A stretch of DNA of 57,358 bases, the filler included, from Catajapyx aquilonaris (lineage: Eukaryota), in the NCBI GenBank assembly GCA_000934665.2. It is 2 parts of 2 records of this genome, joined end to end, with 100 filler letters (N's around TTAATTAATTAA, not from the genome) between each part and the next. Parts side by side here need not be neighbours in the genome. Positions count along the whole stretch, not along the records: positions 1 to 28,593 come from JYFJ02004894.1; positions 28,694 to 57,358 come from KZ539243.1. One strand, written 5' to 3'. Shown in pieces: positions 24,749-36,100 of this stretch; position 1 is the first letter of the stretch, and each line of letters begins with the position of its first letter. The position numbers were made by a program, and so were the translations under genes. Under the pieces are notes generated by a model. It did no database searches, was not told the origin of the DNA, and saw nothing but the letters and a program-made list of their open reading frames with translations.

Positions 24749-25330
24749 AAAACCAGCAGTGAAATATTTGATGGGCGCATGATGGACCGAATGTTTACCC
24801 TCCGATAAGGGAGGGAGCATAATAATGCCTAGTGTGTAACAATCAGTCATGCGTGATCACGTTTCAAACCGTCAATAATTGCTTCCATTATGCATTCATG
24901 TATTGTGCCTACCCAATAATTATTGGTTCGGTTGTATGCCAATCGGAATCCCCCCGGATCGTTTACGTCGCAAAACTAGTCCGAGAAGAGGACATTTTTT
25001 TTGATCCCCTTATTTTTCCAGGTACTTAGGCCATGTGTGTAAATAAAATAAACACGAACCGCATATGTGTGGCGTCGCTTTAATAGCGTGTTTGGGCATT
25101 GATATTTTGTACCGATTGATGGACACCGCCAGATTAATCCTTGTGCACGGCAACTGGATATGTTACACTTGTTTTGACCCACTCTGTCTGCCAAACCGAC
25201 AATCGCACATGTACCAAACTTGGATGGTACGTGCACCTGTCGAATCCATGCCGATATATGGTATTTAAAAGTCAATATCGCTTACGAGTAAGGAATTGAG
25301 AGTTGTGTCTTCGACCCCCATCCGTCTGGG

Positions 25331-25430
25331 CGCCACTTTACACGTAAGTAGGAACGGTCAGCCAATCAGAATGTTCCTCGCTGCAACTTTCTTGCAGATC
25401 TTTATGATTGGCTGACCGTTCCTACCTTCG
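25331..25430. mobile_element. Truncated copy of the MITE at 53603
   Basis: Inverted arms GTAGGAACGGTCAGCCAATCA / TGATTGGCTGACCGTTCCTAC. Confidence 0.75.
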
Positions 25431-25499
25431 CTAGTATATACCATCATCATGTAAATGGGCCTGTTTTCTGATTCCATGATATTCCATTAATGTCAAATA

Positions 25500-25720
25500 A
25501 TCACAATTTCGGCAACAGCTGTCCGCACACATCTTGGTTCGTTGAGTGACCCGTTCCATATTCGCAAATGAACGGGGGGACATATTATTGTCAGAATCCA
25601 TTTTCTGGATCCTCCCATCGAATGACACGCATCGCTTAATATGACTTCCTGTGATTTCCAACCATTCCTGCCATTCTAGAGAGTGGAGGGGGGTCCAATT
25701 ACAATTTGAAGTCATTGGAT
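25500..25720 (-). pseudogene. Possible Tc1/mariner transposase C-terminal remnant
   Basis: WTPLHSLE...IKRCV...RTKMC weakly recalls WPPxSPDL...K..V...R...C. Confidence 0.25.
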
Positions 25721-26365
25721 AAGAGCGCATTAAACCTCTGTTCTGAGCAGAGCTCCTTTTCATTGTGGAACTCAAATTAATCCGGACCTGAACTCCCCCC
25801 CCCCCCTTCCTCCTCCCAGGCACATGTAAAATGCATTTGGCCAAACTGACGGTCCCAACGTTTCCTTCAGGAAATGGAATCCCCCCAGCAGTGATGAAAA
25901 TAAAACTTGGAAAGGTTTGAAAAAAGAAGAGGGGCTAAAAAACCCCGGATAAAAACCGGGGGGGCTTGAATGGGTCGGGTTCAAGGTGGGGCCTTTCGAT
26001 AAGGTACTTCTTATTTTGGATGCCTCTCTAGGGAGAACTGCAATTTTCCAGTTGGAAGTGTTTTCTGCAAAGTTGACTCCCGGTTTTTGTGCAAAAGCTG
26101 ACTATGGCTTTTTCTAAAAAATCAACGGAATGAATGGCATTTTGCAGAATGGCCCCTCCTGCCGGACTGATGCCCCATATCAACGCGGTCAGCCAATCTG
26201 AAAACAGCACCTTTGAGACGTTCTTTCCCTAGCAGTTACTTTGCCACAGTTATTTTGAGGAGTTATTCGACATATTAGCTAAGTAGTATGTTGTAAAAAA
26301 ACGCACAGCTTGCAATGTCTGGATATGGAAATCCTTCGCAATTATAAGCAAATCGATATCATATA

Positions 26366-26700
26366 CAGGGTGTTTCAACTTTTTTGTCCGAACATATCGG
26401 AAAATTGCAAGTATCTGCTACTTTGTAAGGAGTGACCTGCAAACGGTGATTTGTCGAAGGAATGGGGAATGGGGAAAAAGAGTCATAGGCTACATACATC
26501 CAATGGCATGTGTGACCCTCTTTTTTCCAGGCTTGACCCTCAATTTTCAGCGGGCAGCACGTATGCCACTTCAACCTACGATTCGCATGGAATATTCGCC
26601 GTTCCTCCGAAAAATCACCGTTTGCATGTCACTGCTTACAAAGTAGCAGCTACGTGCAATTTTCCGATAACTGTTCGGACAAAAAAGTTGAAACACCCTG
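26366..26700. mobile_element. Tc1/mariner-type MITE, family 2
   Basis: TA-CAGGGTGTTTCAACTTTTTTGTCCGAACA...TGTTCGGACAAAAAAGTTGAAACACCCTG-TA, with ~100-bp imperfect TIRs. Confidence 0.92.
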
Positions 26701-26704
26701 TATA

Positions 26705-27220
26705 TGTGATAACAGCTAAAGTAGCTGTTACAGATTGCTGAAAAGAGCTGAATAATACATGCCAACTGCTTACTTTAAGCAGTTCGCAATATCTACTTTC
26801 GTGATATCTTGAAAGTTACTGCTATACGGGCTGCTTAAAAGTAAGCAGCTTGTATGGTTCAGTAAATATGATTATACTTTTAAGCAGTTTCAACAGTTAC
26901 TTTTATGATGGCAGATAGAAAGTAGCTGTTACAGATTGCTTAAAAGAGCTTAATAATCCATACAAACTGCTTACTTTAGGAAGTTTGCAATAACTGCTTT
27001 TGTCATAGCAGCTAGAAAGTTCGTGCTGCGGGCTGCGTAAAAACTACCCGCTCATATGGTTCGAGAAAGCTGCTTACTTTTAAGCGGTTTTCAACAGTTA
27101 CTTTTACGATAGCAGCTAGAAAGTAGCTGCTACGGGCTGCCTAAATGTAAGCTCGCAAGCAGCTGATATGGTTCAATAAAGCTGCTTACTTTCAAGCAGT
27201 CTGTAGCAGCTACTTTCTGG
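26705..27220. repeat. Diverged ~100-bp tandem repeat with ~200-bp alternation
   Basis: AAAGTAGCTG...CTGCTTACTTT.AAGCAGTT units at ~26718, 26812, 26918, 27016 and 27120. Confidence 0.75.
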
Positions 27221-27359
27221 AGATGATTTTTTTCATTGATGCAACCTAGTGCGCAACGCAGTTCGCGCAAATGGTTTCCAACACTAAAATTGAGGGGGTA
27301 ACAATATGGCCGGCTTTTGCGATGTTGCCCAGGCTTTTGAACGAACCTTAGAGACTCTA

Positions 27360-27556
27360 CAGGGTGGGACAACATCAAGTGTCGTTTTATAACGGCTATT
27401 AATAGAAGCGCTTTACGATTGACGTAGCAGCGACGTGTAAAATTGCCCACCTCGATGGCGCCGAAGTGGGACATTTTACGCGTCGCTGCTACGTCATCGC
27501 AAAATCACTGCTATTAATCGCCGTTATAAAACGACACTTGATGTTGGACCACCCTG
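27360..27556. mobile_element. Tc1/mariner-type MITE, family 1, short form, inverted relative to 10843
   Basis: TA-CAGGGTGG...CCACCCTG-TA, 197 bp. Confidence 0.92.
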
Positions 27557-28501
27557 TATAGAGAGACTCGAGTCAGAGAGTCGCCAACTTCTGACTTCAG
27601 GTTGTGTCTGATTGGTTGGAGTAATTTTGGACTGTTTACGGTCCTATAGGCCTATATGGAGGCAGCCATCTTGCTTTGCTATGGAAGAACAATCTGACGT
27701 CATACCAGCCGTGTTTTCTGAGCATGCGCACTAGTATGCATGCAGAGCGATTGGGGATAGGATGAAAGAGCCTGGTGGAGGCGGGGGTGACCGTGACATC
27801 GTCCTTTGGTTTAACGGACATCTGGCAGCACTGCCTTTCTAGAAGCTTCCATAGCTACCTCTTCGCCCCTCATTTCCTTCCCTCAGCTCAGCAGTACCTC
27901 CCTAGCTGCCCAGCTGATCAGGCGTGTTACAACAGGGCAGAAAGTACGTGAGATGCACAGGTGAGTGCAGAAAATGCGTGAATTCCAGACATGTAGGGCG
28001 TACGTGAAATTCGCAATCATTTCATCCCGCTTTTGGAACCAAAGCCCAGCATAATGGAACAGGTTTGCCAATATATACGGTGGGAGGGTGGGTGGTTATT
28101 TATTGTGGCGATGGGTTTGCGGGCGGAAAATCAGGAAGAGGGGGGGGGGGGGGAGGCTGCATTATTTAATTGTATGCGCATTGCGGTCCGGACGGATAAT
28201 AAATTTGGAATTGAAATCAAATTAATACACTGGGATGGGGAGTGAGAGGGGAAATCAACGCTGGAGGAGGATTGGTACGCGACGTAATCATCGCATGTAG
28301 GAATTTTTGCAATAAAAATTTGCGACAGAAATGAACCTCAACGGGAGCCATTTTGGGACTGAATTACGTCAGCTAATGGCCGCCATTTTGACATGAATGA
28401 CAGGGTTGCCAGGTGGCTTGCCTGTCCCGATTGGTTCTTTTTCTCTACCAGAGTGGACTCGTTCTGTTTAATTAGCATAAATTTAAAATCCACACAGTTA
28501 A

Positions 28502-28593
28502 AGGGACACTCCACTCAAAATACAAGTTGGATTCTAAAAATCGGGCAAAAAATCCTGATTCCGAGGGTATAAGCAGTTTTCATGAGAGACGAA
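28502..28593 (+). mobile_element. Possible terminus of a TTAA-target (Kolobok-like) DNA transposon cut by the contig end
   Basis: TTAA-AGGGACACTCC immediately before the gap. The partner end is not visible. Confidence 0.4.
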
Positions 28594-28693
28594 NNNNNNN
28601 NNNNNNNNNNNNNNNNNNNNNNNNNNNNNNNNNNNNNTTAATTAATTAANNNNNNNNNNNNNNNNNNNNNNNNNNNNNNNNNNNNNNNNNNNN
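28594..28693. other. Artificial assembly linker
   Basis: 44 N + TTAATTAATTAA (stops in all six frames) + 44 N, exactly 100 nt. Confidence 0.95.
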
Positions 28694-30042
28694 GCTGCCT
28701 CCTAGCGGAGGTCTGTGTAAAGAGAGCAGATTAAAGCGAGTGTCAGCTCAGAGCAGACGTGTTATTATTGTGTTAGCCCAATACACAACAGGTACATATG
28801 TTACTTTCACCCTCTACCAAAAAGAGGGGGGTTGTTGTCGCCCATGTAAGTATCAAACTCGCATTGCCCACATGTTTGAGGTCCTTGCAAATAGCAGCAC
28901 AATTAAAACCGCAGGGGGACGCCATATAATTCCGTTGTTTGCTCTTTTTCTCTGCTGCTGTCCACAAAACATTATGCAGGAAGTAGGTGGTACACAAATG
29001 CACAGGAATGTTTTTTTTTTCGAGGTGGTGCAATGTTGAAATCGCGTTAGACACAGTTTCATTTTCGCGTCTCTCGCATGTCGCACTAACGATGTTTCAC
29101 GGTTGCCCACAAAAGGGGCGCGATGTTTCCTGTCAACACGTTACGAAACACACAAAACACAGCTTTTGCAACGGGCCGTTTACAAGGATCGGTTGTTAAA
29201 TTGGTGCAAATTTATATGAAGAAATTGGCCTGGTTGATTTTGTTAGAAAGATGTTAACTATTATGTCCACGTGCATCAGTAACAAAATAATTTATTTTCC
29301 AACAATTACTTCAATTTTTGGTCAGAATTTGAATCCTTCCAAGGTACAGTTTCTATCGCCTTCTGAGCTGTGGACTTTTCTGTTCATCCGACTAAAAATG
29401 TCACGTCTCGTCGAGAAGAAGAAAAAAACTGGAGGAAAGGTTGGAGGGGAAAAGAGAATTGATGGTAACTGTCATTAGGGTCTGGATCGATGGGTTGTAG
29501 GCGCAGTCCATCACTTTGTTCCCGGGTCTAAAAGCTCATCAACTACTTGAGAAAATTTTTGCGGGGGGGACTGGAGTCGGATCGAACGCAATTCTCTAAT
29601 CTACTTCTTCGGAGGGTTGCACCAATTGGCTGGATTGATTTGGAAGGAAGAAAATCGAGCGAGAATCGTGGATGAAAATTCAACCTCGCAGGTATTCCAT
29701 TAGAGTCAGAGTCATCATTCCCCCTTTTTTTTCGCGACGGTCCATTATTGCGATTTATGCGACCGGCACGTGACCACGCTCATTCCAACGAGCTTTGGCA
29801 TCTGACACTGTTGCAACCTGGGGGAGCTTTAATACTGGCAGTAAATTCTCATTCCACTAGCTTATAATTGTATACCAGGGGGCGTTAAATCCGGCCACAA
29901 TAAATTTAATATATTTGCAGTAAAATTGCGGGCACACCCTGTATTCAGTGGCGTGATCAACTGGTCCTTTTATTTTTTGTTCCGTAACGATGGTCATAGG
30001 GCGTGTTAGCGAGCAACCATGCAACCTACATATTACACTTAC

Positions 30043-30102
30043 ATGCATTGTGACCAAGGGACATCCCTGGCTGGCACTTACCTGCAAAGAAAAAGAAAAT
30101 GC
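30043..30102 (-). promoter_or_regulatory. Candidate recursive splice site with a 39-nt cryptic exon
   Basis: Minus strand TTTTCTTTTTCTTTGCAG|GTAAGT at 30082/30081. Second GTAAGT starts at 30042. Confidence 0.65.
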
Positions 30103-33100
30103 GGTTAAGTGCATCGTACCTTTTTGTGCAACAATATATAGGGTCAGTCTTGCGGGATCATATGAAATTCTGTTTGATCTCTCAGCAGAGCAGAGGGGAT
30201 CCCAGGCTCTCTCTCTCTCTGCCTTTATTTTTTCAATGAAGCACACTGGAATAGCTGGAGGGCATAAAATGGGGAGAGATGGGTCCCTTTGCACACACAC
30301 TCAGGAGGGGAGAAAACATGAAGGAAGTTATGAAAGTTTTGCCAAGGGAGAGGATATAAGGTCAACCCCCCTCACCCAAAATTGGCTTAGTCAATGGCCT
30401 TTTTTTCCAGGGGAGTTTCGTATAGTAAGCCGCATAGTTTACATCCAAATACATCAAAAGCCTTCGTGATGGACATGTTTGTACTCTCGAATGAGTTCCA
30501 TGTTTTTGCGCTAACGGGATTGAGTTAGCGGTTCAATTATTGCCGCGATTTGCATTAGTCGCTCCGATTGCGATAATTAAATAACTTCCGCAATTAGTTG
30601 CACAATGGAATGTTTTTGTAGCGCGTATACGGCCCCTGGATACATATATGGGCACGTGCGGCTATTTCGGTTAATTTGTAAAATAGAATCGAGCGGTGCC
30701 CGCCCCCTTGCACTATACACGGGGATTACAAGTCAATGGTTGGCTTGTAGTGTAAGCTGATTGGCCCTGTATTCAATTATATTAATACGCAGCGTAAGTA
30801 CAGGCAATTACCATAATAAAAAAGCGGTTCCACTTTCAGTTAAATAACAGCATTCATGCCATAAAATGCCTCCAAGCGTTACTAAAAATGCAACAATACA
30901 TGACGACATTAATAATTTTAACAGGTGACAACACTACTTTCATTCTTTTGAATTCGAACCGAAAACCATTTCAAACACGAATGTATATAGGAAAATTTAT
31001 CCGTTACTCAACATTGATCTTTCGGAGCGAATACCATTGTTTCTGGCACGTGACAATCGGCGCAGGCAGATTTTCATCAGGAAGTTAGAAAGGGGGGGGG
31101 GGGNGGGGGGGGGGGGGGATCCATTTAGATTAATTATGTGGGGTTCATACCAGGGTTAGTGTCGAGAGGGATGGCCAAAAAGGAGCACTTGTTAGCCCCG
31201 GCCATTACGTGGGGTGGTTCGTAATTGCAGCGAAAGCCCTTCGACTTGTTGAGAAGGAAAAGCAGACACGACACGAGTGACATGGGCTTAACAGCGTCAA
31301 CCGGTGCGTTCGACAAGCAAATTCAGGCTGATGGGACTAATTATCCCGCAAGGCACAGATGGTAATAACTGATGTGTATATGAGCGACAGGGGGCTCTGT
31401 TCTTTCTGAAGTGCTGGGGGGTATCTCAGGATGTAAGCAATTATTCTGGCGCATTGGCTTGTGAAACATGGGAGCGCAGGAGGTTGTGCACATCCGCGGC
31501 GTCAATATTGCCTCATGGGGATGTCACGATTAATATTAGTTGTGAAAAATTGGTGCTGGCCACGCAAAGACTGGCGTTCACACGCCACTGGAGTAGCAGA
31601 GAGAAACAAATTAAAGGGCAAGTTACGGAAGGGAAAGTTACGGACAAACAGGCGATGAGAAGTGAGATGTTCCTCTCAAAAACCATCTTTCACTTAATAA
31701 CTAATTAGCCTGGAGGCAGGTAACTCTCTTTCACACCTGATAGAGGGTTATCATATTGCTCATATCGCACGCCCAACATGTTGCAACTTTCCTAATAGTC
31801 TAGGAAAAAATTCACTAAGCATAAAATGCAGCATTTTCCTTCCCGAATTATTCAGCACTCTCAAAATTTTGTATATGTAATTTTACACGCTTCGGGCATA
31901 TATGCACACTAAACGTGTAAAATTATGCACTAAACACACTTAGAGTAGGCTAATATTTGTGCACATTAAGTGTCACATTATACAGACATATGGGCATCAA
32001 GTGTGTATAATTAGACAATTTATTTTTTTGTTTCGAGTAAAGAAATTAAAAATGTTGCACTCTCTAATCCTTGCAAATAAGGAGTCATTTTTTCACTATT
32101 TTCATGTAATTAAAACCTAACCACATGCTATATGTGACCTGAATTTCAGTACATCTCCGGCGCACCCAGTGCAATACGCTTCACATGAACCTGAGTTTGA
32201 CCCACCTTTACAGCAAAAAAATCTCGGTCAGAATCCGTATGTGGCTTGATAAGAAGTTTTCCTCCTGCGCAACTTTCCATCGCATAAAATTTGCACTCCG
32301 GGTTTTCACCGAATCCAGATAATAATGAGAATGAAGTTCCAACCTCCACCGTGACTAATTCATCTAATTAATGCATTTTGCCGCCATTGCCTAGGCGCTT
32401 GGCCTCCGCCCCAGGGGTTCTCTCTTACTTCCCTAAAACAGTCGGACCAATACCGTTAACTCATTACCTCTCTGCAAATGTATTGTAAACGAGGCTCTTT
32501 GGAATTCCCGTGGAATTCCGCCAGCTGGTTGGCCTCTCCTTTATTTATGACATCACGAGCAGGCAAAGTGCGCGACTTGAAAAAGAACAATCCATGTCCT
32601 TTTGCCATTTTTTTCCGGAGGAAACTAGGAGACAACTTTTTTTTAGCTTTTTCGCTAATTTTTTCCCCCCGCAGCTTCATACCAACAGCACTTAGGTAAA
32701 TGGCGCAGATGTGAGCGGCATGAATGTCTTGAGGGAATGCTCACCGAGGACGTTCTTTTGCACCAAAATGAGCGCCCCGAGGGGGAAGTTTGCTTTTTTA
32801 ATGGACAGCTGGAATTTCACAAGCGGAAGGCAACTTTTGTGGGTAATCTGTACACTATTTCGCACCAAAAACCTAGTGCAAAAATTACTATGATGAGCCT
32901 CCTATTGAGTGAAAGCTACCATCAACTTGTCAGTGAGATGAGAGCTTTAAAAAAAATACAGGGTGATCCCTGAGCTTAGGATAAGATCTCTTGTGACCCA
33001 CATCCAATCTGCTGCGCCTAAGTCGGTGATTAGGGCAGAAAAATGCTGCTGGAGATGGGGAAAGTGAACAGGGCGAAGCTGGTTTGCGTGTACATTTTAT

Positions 33101-36100
33101 GTACAAGTGCGTGGTACCTTTTTTATATCGTACAGGGAAAGTGCTACTGAGCTCTATAATTTTCATGCTTGGTATTTTTCGTGCGATCATTACCGGCTCA
33201 TCAACAGTGTTTTTTTTTCGAGGATGGAAGGGTTAGATTAATTGCAGGGGGAAGGCGAGGGCTGGCTTTCCATGAATATTAGGTAAGATGCCAAACAAGC
33301 CCAGCCAGCCGTTGTAATAAAGTAAGCAATCATGTCTGCCCGTTATGCAGGGTTCTTCCCCAAGTAGGTTAGTGTGGTAACCCCAACGTGATGTGATGCA
33401 GAGACCCCGATCGCTGTGCAAACAACCATCCCTCGATGTCCTAAACTAGATTCTCTCGACGTTAAACAAATAATTTATTGCGCCTGGAGTTGACGCTGGT
33501 TGATTGTTACAGGAGTGAGCTATCAATTTTAATTAGGTTGTACGGGCACAATTTCCCTCTCATTTGATTGTGAAAGTTTTGCAATCACATAATGCGCGAG
33601 TTTCGGTTAAGTAACAATCCTTTAGCAAGTTGTTGTACAAGTAATAATGGGAGGTGTCAATCAGTCTACAAATCCATCACAGCCAATCAAGCCGGCTCAG
33701 CTGTGAAGTTCACGCCCAGCAATTTACAAGGCTTTTATCGGTTCGCCATAATAATATTGAAGAATGATCAACAACCTCCCTGGCAGTGTTTTGAAGTTTA
33801 GAAATTTAATTAATAAATAAATAAATACAATTATTGGAGTTTTGAATATTTAATGATTTAAAAACAAGGCTACTTTTGTTCAATTGGAGCCGACCTGAGC
33901 CGAACCAAGTGAGTCAATAAACTTCTTGACGTTTGGGTGAAGAATGCTGAATAATTTGAATCTCGTTCCTTGAACTCTCTTATTCCAACATCCAACCAAG
34001 GCGACCGGGCCATCTGGCTGAAACTTCCAAAAACGCCTTCAGTTTCCAAGACTCCCGCCAGATGGAACGACGAGCCGAAAAGTGGAGACTCTAGCGGAAG
34101 ATACTGTAATCTCTCCAGAGAAGCAGGATCTAGCTTTTGAACGTGTTATACGAAATGCAAAAGGTCACATGCTGCGGAGCCGAAAGTTCTTATCATTACG
34201 ACTCCTACCAAGTTCGTGGGAACAGGATTTTGGTCACTCTTCAAAAACTCTCAACTTGTTTTAAAGAGCACTTTAACCCTTTTAAAGTTGACATGTCCAC
34301 AGAATTATTTCAGGAATCGGCCACACCATCAATCTTTCCTTATCGACTCGAGAGCCTTGGATTTTTATGACCTGCTTAACATACTTTCTCATCTGATATT
34401 GTCAAGACCCGTGACCCCATCACCTTTTCCTATTATGAGTTTTATCTGTTAAACGTGGTGGCTTATGAGTCTTCTCTTTTATTTTATGGGTCGACCTGCC
34501 CTTGAACTTCTTCAGTGTAGCGTACTAACAGGATAATTAGCCTCCATAGAATTTGGGAGAAAAATATAGGAGCGCTGCGGGGTATGAAAATATTGCATAG
34601 TCGCGCTTTTAATTACCGTGGCGTATAATGGACCATGCTGGCAACCTTATCTTCCAGGAACGCAAATTATAATTACTGCCGCTAATATGCTATAGAAAAA
34701 TGACGTCAAGTGTTACTTCTTCCTGAATCCTGCAGTAATTGCCTGTTAGTACAGTACATTATTAAATCTCTGTACCCCAGCTTTGTTTAACTGTGTACAG
34801 CACCAATTAATATGTAAGTGCTACCCTTTACAACTGTTTCTATTACAACGTTGCAACGCTCATTTAAAACAATCAAAGGGCCTCGAATAAATCAATTGCA
34901 TACAACATGCATCCTTTTATCAGTTTGTTGGATTAAACCTATTGTGTACTTGCATTACTTTTTAATGGCATCAGCATTATTTTGGTAATAGAGCACGCGT
35001 GTCGACACCTGGTAAGTACTCGGAGTCATTGTCCACTCTCATTGCACTGTACCGTTATGTGCCATGTGGATTTAGCGTAAAAAATTTAACGATCTGCACG
35101 TTGCGCCAGTGGCCATGAAATCATAAGCCCCTGGCTGTCAGACTGTCCCGCAACACACTCGTGCAATGTTGGTTGCGTTGCATATTCAGGATACGATTGT
35201 TGCTCCACCAAATTGAATCCGCGTAACTGTGGGCTTGCTCGCAGATTTTGCGGGGCGAGAGAAAATAGTTTTTCCATCTATGACAAGAGTTGAGTAGGGC
35301 ACGTCCAGGAATTCAATTTGCAGTTTGCTCCGAATAGAGCAGTTTAAATTCTGAGCTGCCACACTTCGGCACGTCAAAAAAAAAGAGATTTGCAAAAAAG
35401 CTTGGTAACCACTAGTCTAAACTCACGGATTATTGCAGACGCCCCAGGGATTTACTGCGTACGTCAGTCCCCCTCAGTTGCATATTCAATGCACATACCC
35501 CTCATTTCGATGACATGCCGCGCCCGGTAATTTGAGGGCCGGCGAGAAATGCAATTGGTTTCATAAATCCGGTACTACCAGACTCGTAAAATCGATGTTT
35601 GGTAGCGGTAATGTGATAAGGTCAAATATGATCGGATTAGAGCCTAGAACAAGGCACTTATTAAGATAATGGCAGTTTTGCAGGGTCCAATTACTCCGGG
35701 TGTTTACGTTCGGCTAACCCTCATATCTTCCGCACTGCAGTGTGTTGCACCAACAAGCGTAAACCAAATTAACCAGGGAGTGTCAATATTGGATCAACGC
35801 TCAGCTCTTCAAACGCAATAATTTCTTATTTGGCCACGTTTTAACGCAGGTGTATCGCGTTAAATCGCGTTAAGCCGCCTGCTTTTCCTCAGGCTAATTT
35901 TACAAGGAAAAATCAGGTCGCGCGCAAATTGCTTTGTAAACTTCAGGTGATAGTATCGCGCTGACTAAACCAGACCTGACCTTGTCTAGCATATTGCATA
36001 ATGCAAAGTACAGGGCTTTAATTATTCCGGGGGCTCGAGTCCAATCTGGGCCAGAGTTTACGAGAGAATCCTTTCTGGCCTGCTTCCAGCACGAAATATG

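Noticed and set aside
29570..29700. FGGLHQLAG as another family-B copy or an exon
   Set aside because: No supporting nucleotide similarity and no clear acceptor. Chance is likely.
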